Positions 46,450-56,088 of a DNA stretch of 64,000 nucleotides are shown piece after piece. The translations under genes and the position numbers were made by a program. The stretch is taken from positions 1 through 64,000 of IMG/VR virus record IMGVR_UViG_3300021255_004321; one strand, written 5' to 3'. Positions within the stretch are counted from its first letter, which is position 1. Every line of letters starts with the position of its first letter. The stretch comes from a virus (lineage: Duplodnaviria > Caudoviricetes). Under the pieces are notes generated by a model, which saw only the letters and a program-made list of their open reading frames with translations, was not told the origin of the DNA and searched no databases.

Positions 46450-47780
46450 TGGCTAAGAAAGCCCCAAACATTGAACTCCCAGAACTTAATGTCCGTTTAG
46501 GAGAATTTAATATATTGGGTTCAGACGCATATCGTTCTTTTGACTTTATTGCAGATGAAGATGCGTTTTTACCAAGATGTGTTATCCGTTTGAGTGATAA
46601 AGGCGGAGATGTATTCCGCTCATTTTTGAACTTAAGTATTGGAACAAAAGTTGAAGTAACAATAACAGAAGGTTCAGACACAAAGGAAAGAAAAAGTGGC
46701 TCAAAAGATAATTACAGTATGAACTTAACCAACCTTGCTATAGGTGCAGTATATTCAAACAGTAAGGTCCTTGGCTTCGGTGACGGCGGACTTGAAATTC
46801 TTTGTGAGCATCCTTGGTCTATCGCTCAAGACTTTAGTCCTCACGCATACGCAGGTAAATCAAATTCAGAAATCATTAAATCTTTAGTTCAAAATACTTC
46901 ATCAAGAGGCTTTGGCTTTGAAAAGATTGATAGGGAAATCTTTCAATCAACAGATGAAGACGGCACTACACCAAGATATAACTGCGGTGAAGGCGACCTC
47001 AACTTTATTGTAAACAAATTACTCCCTTACACAACAGTAAACAACAACCCAGTTGTGTTCTTTGTTGATGATAAGAATAATGTTCACCTTGAGTCGTTTC
47101 AGTCAATGTTTTCAAGAGATGCAAAGTTGTTAGTTATTGGCGGCAATGAAGAAGACGTTGATGATGAGATAAGAGCAAAAGCAAAGTCTTTAGGCGGTCT
47201 TGCTATAAGTTCTAATCTTCTTGCAAAAATTGGAGATAAGAGACCTGATAGGTTTACAAAGATACTTAAAAGAGAAATTGCAATGGACGATTGTTCCGCT
47301 TTATTGACATACACAGGTAAATTACTTCCTAAAGTTGCAATCGCTAAATACTCACAAGGTAAATCATCAAAAGGCTACATCCCTGTAAACTTTGGAAGAA
47401 TGATAACATCTGATGCTACGGATAAAGTTTATTATACAAATCATATGTATAATGACCTTAAAGCTGCTGCACTTAATGAACAAAAAGATTTTAATTCTTT
47501 ATTCAAAATTGATATTGATGTTTCATTCTGTGGTCATTTGGTTTCAGTAGGCGATAATGTTGAAATAAAAATCCCAATAGCAAAAGATGAAAATAATGAA
47601 ACTGTAAATCACTGGATGGATGGTAAGTGGCACATTAAAGCAATCAAGTATAAATGGGACCCATCATCAGGAGTCCCAGGGATGACACTTACATTAACAA
47701 GGCCTTCATTCGTATTTAACTCGACTACAACAATCGCAAATCGTGATGAGTTTTACGGTGTAGGTATGACAATAATTTAA
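46449..47780 (+). CDS. Baseplate hub protein (gp27/VgrG-N-like)
   Basis: KSNSEIIKSL, GDLNFIV, FFVD, VGDNVEI, GKWHIKAIKY. Confidence 0.6.
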   Translation: MAKKAPNIELPELNVRLGEFNILGSDAYRSFDFIADEDAFLPRCVIRLSDKGGDVFRSFLNLSIGTKVEVTITEGSDTKERKSGSKDNYSMNLTNLAIGAVYSNSKVLGFGDGGLEILCEHPWSIAQDFSPHAYAGKSNSEIIKSLVQNTSSRGFGFEKIDREIFQSTDEDGTTPRYNCGEGDLNFIVNKLLPYTTVNNNPVVFFVDDKNNVHLESFQSMFSRDAKLLVIGGNEEDVDDEIRAKAKSLGGLAISSNLLAKIGDKRPDRFTKILKREIAMDDCSALLTYTGKLLPKVAIAKYSQGKSSKGYIPVNFGRMITSDATDKVYYTNHMYNDLKAAALNEQKDFNSLFKIDIDVSFCGHLVSVGDNVEIKIPIAKDENNETVNHWMDGKWHIKAIKYKWDPSSGVPGMTLTLTRPSFVFNSTTTIANRDEFYGVGMTII

Positions 47781-47789
47781 GAGGTTGAT

Positions 47790-48524
47790 ATGATTGAAGC
47801 ACATAAGTTTGATGGCAGCTTAAAACTTTACAGAGCAAATATCTACGCAAATGTTAAAAAAGGTGATGACCGTTTACAAGTAAGGATTATGCCTTATATG
47901 GCAGGCATCACAGGAGAAGATGAAGCAAACTTACCTAAATATCCGCCTCTTTATAAAGGCCACGTTATTCGTGGATATGCTGAAACAGATTCACAATCAA
48001 ATGGTGGTAAAGTTACTTCGATATTTGTTCTTGCTAACGATGACTTTACTGTAGGATATTGTCTTGACCCGATAAATGAGTTTAATGGTGCTCTTAAAGG
48101 CGCACTTAAAACATCTTGGAATTATCAAGAGACGAAATCAGTTTTGCAAAGATGCGGCTTTATGCCTCAAGAGTTTACTTATGAAAACATTACTTGTGAT
48201 ATGAATGAAAATGGTTCACTCATTGAACTTGGAGCATATAATCAACCATTCAAAATTATTATGACTTCAACAGGTGATGTTATTGGTGTTATGGCTCATC
48301 GTTGTTTCTTGATGGCTCGTTCAGGTCCAAAGTCAGGTACCGACTCTTCATACATTGATATAAGACCGACAAGAGTTGAAATTAAATCAAAAGTTGTAGA
48401 CTTATCAAAATCAGATGCAGTTATTTTGGGACACCGTGGTATGAATGTTGTTGCAACATTTGCTGAAAGTGCTGTTCCTTGTGAGGGTGTTAATCTTGCG
48501 CCGTGTAAAACAATCAAAGTCTAA
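47790..48524 (+). CDS. Baseplate spike (gp5/gpV OB-fold-like)
   Basis: YRANI..RLQVRI N-terminus, beta-rich C-terminus; follows hub. Confidence 0.5.
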   Translation: MIEAHKFDGSLKLYRANIYANVKKGDDRLQVRIMPYMAGITGEDEANLPKYPPLYKGHVIRGYAETDSQSNGGKVTSIFVLANDDFTVGYCLDPINEFNGALKGALKTSWNYQETKSVLQRCGFMPQEFTYENITCDMNENGSLIELGAYNQPFKIIMTSTGDVIGVMAHRCFLMARSGPKSGTDSSYIDIRPTRVEIKSKVVDLSKSDAVILGHRGMNVVATFAESAVPCEGVNLAPCKTIKV

Positions 48525-48843
48525 AAAGAAAACTGCTGCAGCAAAAATGAAAGAAGAGTTTCGTATGACACCTGAATGGTGGGCAATGCGAAAAGAGTTG
48601 ATTGCTGAACAAAAGAAAGACCCAGTTACAAATGCCAAACTTTCTCCTAAAGCAAACTGCCATCATCTTGACCAACGAACTGAAAACTATACAAGCACCG
48701 ACAAAAGACGGTATCTTATGTTGCAACCGCTTACACACAAGGTTATTCATTTTCTTTACCGCTTGTATAAAAAACAAGGAGAGCATCTTTTCGACACTCT
48801 CCGTAACATTTTCAAATTGATGGATAAGTATTCAAACGATTAG
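48445..48843 (+). CDS. HNH-like nuclease (true start probably near 48547)
   Basis: FR.TPEW..R, CHHLD, L...THKVIH. Confidence 0.55.
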   Translation: MLLQHLLKVLFLVRVLILRRVKQSKSKKKTAAAKMKEEFRMTPEWWAMRKELIAEQKKDPVTNAKLSPKANCHHLDQRTENYTSTDKRRYLMLQPLTHKVIHFLYRLYKKQGEHLFDTLRNIFKLMDKYSND

Positions 48844-50537
48844 TTTGGGTACTTTTTCCAGAATGAAGCAGGTGTATTTGCTGCCCAAGCAAACTTTTTC
48901 TGCTGTGCTGCATTGTAAATTATTCCGATGTCAACTCCCAAATCTTTACAGAAGCTGTATGCAACTTTTGGTGAACTGTAATTCAACTTTGCAGTACCAA
49001 GGGCGATGTTCTTTGTTGCCTTTTTAAGGTCTTTATTTGCTTCAAGTTTCTGAACTCTCAATTCTGCTTTTTCAACCTGAGCCTTGATTTTGTTTTCTCT
49101 TTCAGCAATTACATCCAAGAGACCTTTAAGTTCTTCACCTGAGTACTTCTTTTTGCAAGCTGCCTTCTGCTTTTTGAGTTTTGCAAGCTGAACTTTTGCT
49201 TTTGCAGCGCGGGCTTTTTCTGTTTCTTTTGCCTTCTTAATTGTTTCGTCAGTCTTATCCATCTGAGTTGCGAAGTTCTTTGCAACATTTTTCTGATGAT
49301 TAAGTTTTGTTGATACAACCAAGCAAGCATTGTCGTAAATTGAACGGATTTTCCATTCAGGCATTCCCTTCTTAACTTCAGCTTTCTGAAGTTCCTCAGC
49401 AAGAAGCTTTGTTCCGTAAGTTGTGCGGAAAAGTTTTCCTGTTACATAAGACAGGCAATCTGAAAGGAACTTGTTTACTGTTCCTGCAGAAGCTTTATCA
49501 AAAACTCTGTCATTTGGTTTTTTGTTTGCAACAAAAGTCTTCAAAGCTTTTTCAACATTTGCTGGGATTTCAACTGTGTTGTGGTATCTTACGGTATCTT
49601 TTCCAAGGAAGTCAAGTTCCAAGGTTCCGTTTCCAACCTTGATGTTCTTTACGAGGAGCTGGGAAGCGCCTACTGTTCCGTTTTCAAACTTATCAAGCTT
49701 TTCAGTGCCAATACGAATACCTGTGCGAAGTATCAACCAAGAAACAACGGCTTCCTGCTTGTTTGCGTTTACTCCGTCTTCGATATATTTTTCCATTATC
49801 GGCCAATCTTTTGCAAGCTGCTGAGCTTTTTCATACTTGTGTTTGTCAGCATCCTGCTTTACTGTTGAAGTTGCCCCGAAGCCATACTTCTTTTTAAGAG
49901 TTGCATAACCTTCTCCGATATGAACATCAAAATAAGTTGCAACATAAGCTTCACGGTTTTCAACAACTGCCTTCCACTTGTGTCCTGCAGGAGGCTGAGG
50001 GATTTTTGATTTGTCACCGATGTAATTGATTGTGACATCTTCAGGCTGAATTGCCCACTTCCACATTCCGTTCATTGGGCATTTGCCGCGGCCAACATAC
50101 ACTCCTTCAGGCTCAAGAACATATCCGCCGATCTGCTGTTCAACACCATCAAGATAAATTACACCGTATTCTTTTTTGATTTTTTCGTTTTCGAGTTTCT
50201 TTGCTTCACGGGCTTCTTTTGTATTTGCAAGCTTCTTTGCTTCTTTAATCAATTCGTTTTCTGTCCGCATTGCTTCGATTGTCTTTTCGTATCCTTCAGG
50301 GAAAGTCTGAGGCATTCCTGCAGGAACATTCTTGAGGAATGTTTTTGCAAAGTTTTTCTGAAAGTCGGTACGATTTCGATAGTCGTCGCCAAGAACTGCC
50401 CAGTGCCAAAGCATATCTTCAGAAAGATAATCAAGCTTTATTCCATTGACAAAAAACTTGCCTTTATATTCATAAGGTTTTGGGAAAAGTGGTCCCTTGT
50501 GTTCGATTGTCTTAAATTTTGCAGCTTTTTTAGCCAT
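48840..50537 (-). CDS. top1: DNA topoisomerase IB, long eukaryotic/thaumarchaeal type
   Basis: HKGPLFPKPY, EPEGVYVGRG, IQPEDVTIN, PPAGHKWK, IRIGTEK, FLGKD, KLFRT, LNHQK, coiled-coil linker, LGTAKLNY. Confidence 0.95.
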   Translation of the reverse strand: MAKKAAKFKTIEHKGPLFPKPYEYKGKFFVNGIKLDYLSEDMLWHWAVLGDDYRNRTDFQKNFAKTFLKNVPAGMPQTFPEGYEKTIEAMRTENELIKEAKKLANTKEAREAKKLENEKIKKEYGVIYLDGVEQQIGGYVLEPEGVYVGRGKCPMNGMWKWAIQPEDVTINYIGDKSKIPQPPAGHKWKAVVENREAYVATYFDVHIGEGYATLKKKYGFGATSTVKQDADKHKYEKAQQLAKDWPIMEKYIEDGVNANKQEAVVSWLILRTGIRIGTEKLDKFENGTVGASQLLVKNIKVGNGTLELDFLGKDTVRYHNTVEIPANVEKALKTFVANKKPNDRVFDKASAGTVNKFLSDCLSYVTGKLFRTTYGTKLLAEELQKAEVKKGMPEWKIRSIYDNACLVVSTKLNHQKNVAKNFATQMDKTDETIKKAKETEKARAAKAKVQLAKLKKQKAACKKKYSGEELKGLLDVIAERENKIKAQVEKAELRVQKLEANKDLKKATKNIALGTAKLNYSSPKVAYSFCKDLGVDIGIIYNAAQQKKFAWAANTPASFWKKYPN

Positions 50538-50549
50538 ATTTTCGACTCC

Positions 50550-50588
50550 TTACAGTAATAATATAAAGAATTATTGGTAAAAGTTTAA
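50550..50588 (-). promoter_or_regulatory. Class-1 (putative early) promoter of topoisomerase IB
   Basis: 39-bp conserved motif. Confidence 0.75.
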
Positions 50589-50609
50589 AATAAATTAACT
50601 AAAATTTGC

Positions 50610-50662
50610 TTTGACAAAATGACAAAAAATGTCAAAATAAAATTTGAACTATAATGGAGGGA
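50610..50662 (+). repeat. Conserved intergenic element, copy 3
   Basis: TTTGACA..TGTCAAAATAAAATTTGAACTATAATGGAGGGA. Confidence 0.85.
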
Positions 50663-50770
50663 TAGAATATTAAGAATTGAAGGTAAATTTATTATAAAGT
50701 TAATATATCTTTATAAAACTAATTATTTTGAAATACACTTAAACGGTAAATTTACCTGTGGAGAAAAATA

Positions 50771-52546
50771 ATGAAATTGAAATCAAAAAAGAAAACACTT
50801 CCATTTAAAATTAAATGGAGAACACGCAAAGATGAAGGCGCACTTGAACGCCCAACAATAAAAACAACTGAAGTTCTTATCAGCGGAAAGATTTTATGTT
50901 GTATCTTGCTCTCAATAATCTCAGCATTTATTGATATTGTATTCTTTAGTGGATTGTCAAAGTCGGGTTATCCATTTTTCGGAGTATATGTTCCTGCTGC
51001 AATAATTCTTTCTATTATGTCAATCGGTTTCTCAGGAAGCAAGTTCTTTGTTGCGATGCAACTTGCTGCAATAAAAGAAATCGGCGGTCGTTTGAAAGAT
51101 ATGCTTGGTGAAAACTACAAGCATCGTCTTGTGTGGTTAAAATTAAAATGGAATCTTATTCATAAGTTTTTGATAACTATTTCAATCATAACTTCTATTT
51201 CATTGTCAGTTATCACAATCGGAAACGGTGTTCGTCAGATGGAGCAGAACATCAAAAATCAAACAATTGATGCGCAGTATTTGATTGATTTGAAAACATC
51301 AATGAGAACAAATACAACTGACAAACGAGAAGCGGCGAAAGCAAATATCGAAGGCGCAAAGTCAGCACAATCTTCAGCAAAAGAAGCAGTAGATAAGTAT
51401 TGGACTTTACTTGATGATTACCAAACTAAGATAAGAGCAGTTAGAACAGATGACTCATTGACAGACGAAGATAAAGATGCTCAAATTGCAAAGATTAAAA
51501 AAGAAGCAGTAAATTCTTTACCTGTAGTTACAAGCAAGAATGTTGAGTATATTTCAAAGCCTGAATTTGAAAGAGAGTTTGCAAAAATTACAAAAGCAAA
51601 TGAAACTATTGATACATCTTCTTTATATGAAGAAGCAATTGCATACGATGAAGCTGAACTTAATTCTTATATCATAGCTTTGCAGGATAAAGAGTATCGT
51701 ACTCCTGATGGACAACTTATTCAGTTTATCAATGAAGACGGCACACCTGTAAACAGAGAACTTGCCATAGCTCGTTTGCAAAACTCAATTATGGCTTGGC
51801 AGTCAGATACAGGAGACGCAGGTCCTTCTTCAAAAGTATTTACTTTAGTTGCAACATATCTTAAGACTGATGAAAAAGCAGGCGGTATGGGAACATCAGA
51901 AGTTATTATGATGGTTCTTATTATGGTCTTTGGTATTGTTCAGGAATTTATTATTGCTGCATTTACTCCAAGAGCAACAATAAGTCGTAAGATGCTTTCT
52001 CAGTTTAGCGAATATCTTTACGGTGTTGACATCAACAGATTTATGCTTAAGACTTATAAAGATTACTATGACTTAGGTTTGTTGAAGTCTGATGAATATG
52101 AAAGAAAATGTAAGAAAGCAGTAGGACTTCTTGATAACAATGTTGATGCAATTATCGCAAAATATAAAGGTGAAGATGTTGAGAATCCTGAAGTCGTAAG
52201 ACTTGAAGCAGAAGTTGATAAGTATAAACAGCAGGCAGAAGGTTATTTAGCAACATCTGCAGACTTTCACAACAAGCTTATGAAAGAAACAGAAAAGAAT
52301 GAACAGTTGACAAATGATATGTTGGCAAAAGACGACCTTGTTCAGGATTTGAAGTATAAGCTTGCTCAAAAAGAAAATGAAATTGCAAACCTTAAAGTTG
52401 TCGAAGCGCCTGCAGTTGTTGAGGCAAAGGTTGAGCCAGTAAAAGTTGAAAGAAAGATTGAAAGAAAGATTGTAAAAGAGCCAAAAGAACAGGAATTCTC
52501 ATCAGCAGTCGATGAGAAAGCAAAAGAAGTAGAGGCATTGTTGTAA
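50771..52546 (+). CDS. Multi-pass membrane protein with coiled coils
   Basis: Three N-terminal TM segments, large loop, fourth TM, C-terminal coiled coil. Confidence 0.75.
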   Translation: MKLKSKKKTLPFKIKWRTRKDEGALERPTIKTTEVLISGKILCCILLSIISAFIDIVFFSGLSKSGYPFFGVYVPAAIILSIMSIGFSGSKFFVAMQLAAIKEIGGRLKDMLGENYKHRLVWLKLKWNLIHKFLITISIITSISLSVITIGNGVRQMEQNIKNQTIDAQYLIDLKTSMRTNTTDKREAAKANIEGAKSAQSSAKEAVDKYWTLLDDYQTKIRAVRTDDSLTDEDKDAQIAKIKKEAVNSLPVVTSKNVEYISKPEFEREFAKITKANETIDTSSLYEEAIAYDEAELNSYIIALQDKEYRTPDGQLIQFINEDGTPVNRELAIARLQNSIMAWQSDTGDAGPSSKVFTLVATYLKTDEKAGGMGTSEVIMMVLIMVFGIVQEFIIAAFTPRATISRKMLSQFSEYLYGVDINRFMLKTYKDYYDLGLLKSDEYERKCKKAVGLLDNNVDAIIAKYKGEDVENPEVVRLEAEVDKYKQQAEGYLATSADFHNKLMKETEKNEQLTNDMLAKDDLVQDLKYKLAQKENEIANLKVVEAPAVVEAKVEPVKVERKIERKIVKEPKEQEFSSAVDEKAKEVEALL

Positions 52547-53283
52547 TGAAAGAAAGTGAAGTATTAGAAAAGTTTGAGCTCTTCAAGAATGGACTTATCA
52601 AAAAGAATACAAGAATTGGAGAACTTGAGCAAGAAGTAAGTAACTTAAAACAGGAATGCAGCGACAAGTCTTTATCAATCAATCAACTTGTTCTGCAAAA
52701 TGAAGAAAAGGCGAACGCAATTGAGCAGTTGCGTTCAGATTATAACAACCGCGCCACTGAGCTTGAAAATAAATATAACGACTTGAAAGAAAAGACTTAT
52801 AAAACAATCAAGCATTTGGTTGAGGATGTTATCGAAGCTCAAGAAAAGAAGATTGCAGACTTACAAAAAGAAATTATGCGGCTTGAAAACAGAAAAGAAA
52901 AACACGACACAACTGAAGATGTTGATGTTATGATGACAAAAATTCATACGACTGATGTTGATAAGTCAGCAGTTGATGAAACAATGGAGTCCATAAAAAG
53001 AGGTGAAAAACTTTTCAAGCAGTATTCGTTTGGTGTTGCAAACAAAGAAACTGTAAAAATGTTTGAAACATTTATTCATAATATATATGAACAAGCGCCT
53101 TTAATCGGTAGATTTTACATTCTTAATAACCCATTCAACTGTATGAATGGGCTTGATAAAGACGCTTGTGCCTCTTTACTTCAGCATTTAATTCAAGAAA
53201 GGATTGTTGAAACAAGAGGTGATGAATATATATCACAATACCTTGAAGAAGACGTTATCAAAGAAATCACAAAAGAGTGTTAA
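52546..53283 (+). CDS. Coiled-coil hypothetical protein
   Basis: TAATG coupling; heptad pattern. Confidence 0.75.
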   Translation: MKESEVLEKFELFKNGLIKKNTRIGELEQEVSNLKQECSDKSLSINQLVLQNEEKANAIEQLRSDYNNRATELENKYNDLKEKTYKTIKHLVEDVIEAQEKKIADLQKEIMRLENRKEKHDTTEDVDVMMTKIHTTDVDKSAVDETMESIKRGEKLFKQYSFGVANKETVKMFETFIHNIYEQAPLIGRFYILNNPFNCMNGLDKDACASLLQHLIQERIVETRGDEYISQYLEEDVIKEITKEC

Positions 53284-53292
53284 TATCTTTAT

Positions 53293-53652
53293 ATGGAAAA
53301 ATTAGCAATGGATAGAGACACAAAAGAACTCCTTGAAGACGTTTGTTCTTTGTTTGGTGTCAAAGCTGATATTATAAAAGACGTTTGGGAATATACAATG
53401 ATTGTTTGGCTATTAAAGCTTGCCGACTCAAACGCAAACTTGAAAAGAATAAAAATTCCTTATGTAGGCTCTGTTGGTCTTCGTTTCCTTGGAGAAAAAA
53501 TGGGAGATGAAAAGATTGATGCCGATTATGATGCATTTCTTGCATTAAATGAGAACTTTAAGGACGTTCTTAAAACAATCAAAAACAACGGTTCAGATGA
53601 GCTTACTGAACTTATTCAACAAAAAATTAAAAAATTAGCCTCTCAAGTATAA
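53293..53652 (+). CDS. Hypothetical protein, weak HU/IHF-like pattern
   Basis: Two helices then RIKIPYVGSV; TGTTAATAT 6 nt before ATG. Confidence 0.55.
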   Translation: MEKLAMDRDTKELLEDVCSLFGVKADIIKDVWEYTMIVWLLKLADSNANLKRIKIPYVGSVGLRFLGEKMGDEKIDADYDAFLALNENFKDVLKTIKNNGSDELTELIQQKIKKLASQV

Positions 53653-53691
53653 CGCATTGTCTTCCTTAACTAATTATTTAAGGAAGACACA

Positions 53692-56070
53692 ATGGCACAA
53701 GACAACGAAAGATACGAAAAGAAATATACATTCCAAAAGAAACCTTGGAAAGTTTGGATGTCATCTGCTCCAAACCCAACTGCTGTATTAGTATCAGCAA
53801 GACAACTTCTTGAAGGAACTTCGCTCGGTCACAACATTCTTATTTATAACGGAAATCTCTATTCAAACGGCGTTTTCTCAGGAACGTCATTCCTTGATTT
53901 TTACAGATATTGTCTTGATGTTGAGCCAGCACTTTTTGATAGAAGAAGTAAGTTTGGTACTTATGAATATGATTTAGGCTCAAGTCTTTATGATGTTCTT
54001 CATAGAGACAAAATTACAGTAAACTTACATAATAAAGATGCTGCGTTATATCCTGAAGATATTAAAGCATTCTTTGGTGTAAACTCAACTTGGGCACCTT
54101 GGTTCCATAAGAACTCAAATATGATACAGGACAACTTTGGTGTTTCATATAATGCCGGTGACTGTTTCACTGCTGAAGCAACAAATCAGGAAATTTCTTA
54201 TGCCAACCTCGAGTCAGATATTATCTGTTACCAAAAAGATGATATTTTCTCAAACACAATGGCGTTTGAAGATGGTAAAGTTGCTTACACAAAGATCCAA
54301 CTTAATCAAAGAAAAACAATGGTTATGAAGTTGATTGTAGGAGCAATCCTATTCAACTCAAATGAGCCATCACTTATAACAGAAATCAATGACCAGAATG
54401 TAACATCAGTATTCTCAAAGTTTTCAAACGATGATAAAACAAATCATTTATTTGATTATATTTACTTCTGGGTTAAAGCTCCATTCTGTGCTGATTACAT
54501 TGACCCTGATGACTTCAATCAGAACTTAAATCAGGATGCTGATGTTGTTCACAGAAACTTATTGATTTCATCACAGTATGTTGACAAAATCAGAAACAAC
54601 TTCAACCGTTTTAATGAAGCTTTTGATTATCAGAAAAGTGAAGATGAAGATACTTCTTCATTAACAGAATTCCTTGAACAGTTCTCTCGTCCATACATTC
54701 CAACAAACTCACCTCTTAAAGACTTTGTTTCAAACAAGTTGTTAGGCGCTGAAGCAATTACTGATTATGATTATGATGAACACTCTAATGTGGTATCAAC
54801 TGCAGAAGAGTTGATAAAAAGATCATACATAATGGACGAAAAGTATGAGATTGAAGACCTTCCTAATGCAAATGTATTGGGTTCTGTTTATTCTCTTCCT
54901 GTTCGTAAGGTAAATGGTGAGTTACAAAGAATCACTCCTTTCAACTTCTACGACCCAGACAGTAGAGAAGATTCTGAATACTATCGTCTTCTTGGTAGAC
55001 TTCCTACCCTTATCGGTAAAGAAGGTAACATTACAACTGATGGCCGTATTATGTCGCCAACAATTGACGAACTTTGGTACATCGTTAAAAAGATTATTTC
55101 AGGTGAGCCAATTCACGGTTCAATTCCATCAAACATTGCTTTGCCTAATAATGAAGTTGCAGAAGATACAACTTTGAAAGAAGCCATTATGGCTCAGTAC
55201 AAGCAGTCTTTTGATGGCGTTAGCAAAGCTATTGACCCAATTGATTTTGCGTATGAATACGATGAAAATGGCAAAATAAATAAAGTAAGTGTTAAAGAGT
55301 ATGTCGTTCAACCTGAAAACATTACTCACAAAATATACACATTACTTGCCGCAGTATCAACAAGACTTAATAAGTTCTATAATGAAAATGTTGCATTGAA
55401 CGATGAGTTTACAACTGATGAAGAAAGCGGCATTGTAACATACACAGGTAATTCAAGAGCTCTTAATCGTGTAGGCGATTATATTCTTGGCACAACAAAA
55501 ATGGAAACAGCATCAAATGCTGACAAAGAATATGGTCCTCGTGCAAGCGCTCCGTTATCTCTCCGTGAACTTGAAGCTGCAATTCTTGGTAACAAGTACA
55601 ACATTGAAAACAACTTTGTATTTGCTTCAAAGACTTATGCAGTTACAGGTAAGTTTGGTAAGAGATTAGTTGACGAAGAAAACAACATCTTGTCAGGCGG
55701 TTCATTGTATCAAATGCACCGTGATTACAACGCTGATGTTGAAAATCCAAATACTTACTTTGAACTTGGCGGAAAAAGAGATGGTGCAAGCGGTTACGAT
55801 ATTACTGCAGGTGACTTGAATGGCGAGCAAGAAGTAAACACAGAAGGCCCAAGTCCTATCCCAGTTTATATCTTGGACAAAAATCTTAAGAGAACTAAAG
55901 TAACAAATATAACACAACTTCCTATAATGGTTTCAAATTACGGCAAATCTGAATTGTTGTCTGCAGAACAAGGAAAGTACACAGGCGCTGATGTTTATAT
56001 GGCAGCAGACGGTACTTGGCGTTACAAAGCAGAACATATGAGATTGCCGATATTAAGAAGCCGTTACTAA
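53692..56070 (+). CDS. Putative virion structural protein
   Basis: 792 aa, ACTAATT motif at 53669, precedes giant fibre gene. Confidence 0.7.
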   Translation: MAQDNERYEKKYTFQKKPWKVWMSSAPNPTAVLVSARQLLEGTSLGHNILIYNGNLYSNGVFSGTSFLDFYRYCLDVEPALFDRRSKFGTYEYDLGSSLYDVLHRDKITVNLHNKDAALYPEDIKAFFGVNSTWAPWFHKNSNMIQDNFGVSYNAGDCFTAEATNQEISYANLESDIICYQKDDIFSNTMAFEDGKVAYTKIQLNQRKTMVMKLIVGAILFNSNEPSLITEINDQNVTSVFSKFSNDDKTNHLFDYIYFWVKAPFCADYIDPDDFNQNLNQDADVVHRNLLISSQYVDKIRNNFNRFNEAFDYQKSEDEDTSSLTEFLEQFSRPYIPTNSPLKDFVSNKLLGAEAITDYDYDEHSNVVSTAEELIKRSYIMDEKYEIEDLPNANVLGSVYSLPVRKVNGELQRITPFNFYDPDSREDSEYYRLLGRLPTLIGKEGNITTDGRIMSPTIDELWYIVKKIISGEPIHGSIPSNIALPNNEVAEDTTLKEAIMAQYKQSFDGVSKAIDPIDFAYEYDENGKINKVSVKEYVVQPENITHKIYTLLAAVSTRLNKFYNENVALNDEFTTDEESGIVTYTGNSRALNRVGDYILGTTKMETASNADKEYGPRASAPLSLRELEAAILGNKYNIENNFVFASKTYAVTGKFGKRLVDEENNILSGGSLYQMHRDYNADVENPNTYFELGGKRDGASGYDITAGDLNGEQEVNTEGPSPIPVYILDKNLKRTKVTNITQLPIMVSNYGKSELLSAEQGKYTGADVYMAADGTWRYKAEHMRLPILRSRY

Positions 56071-56088
56071 TTTTTATAACAGAGGAAA

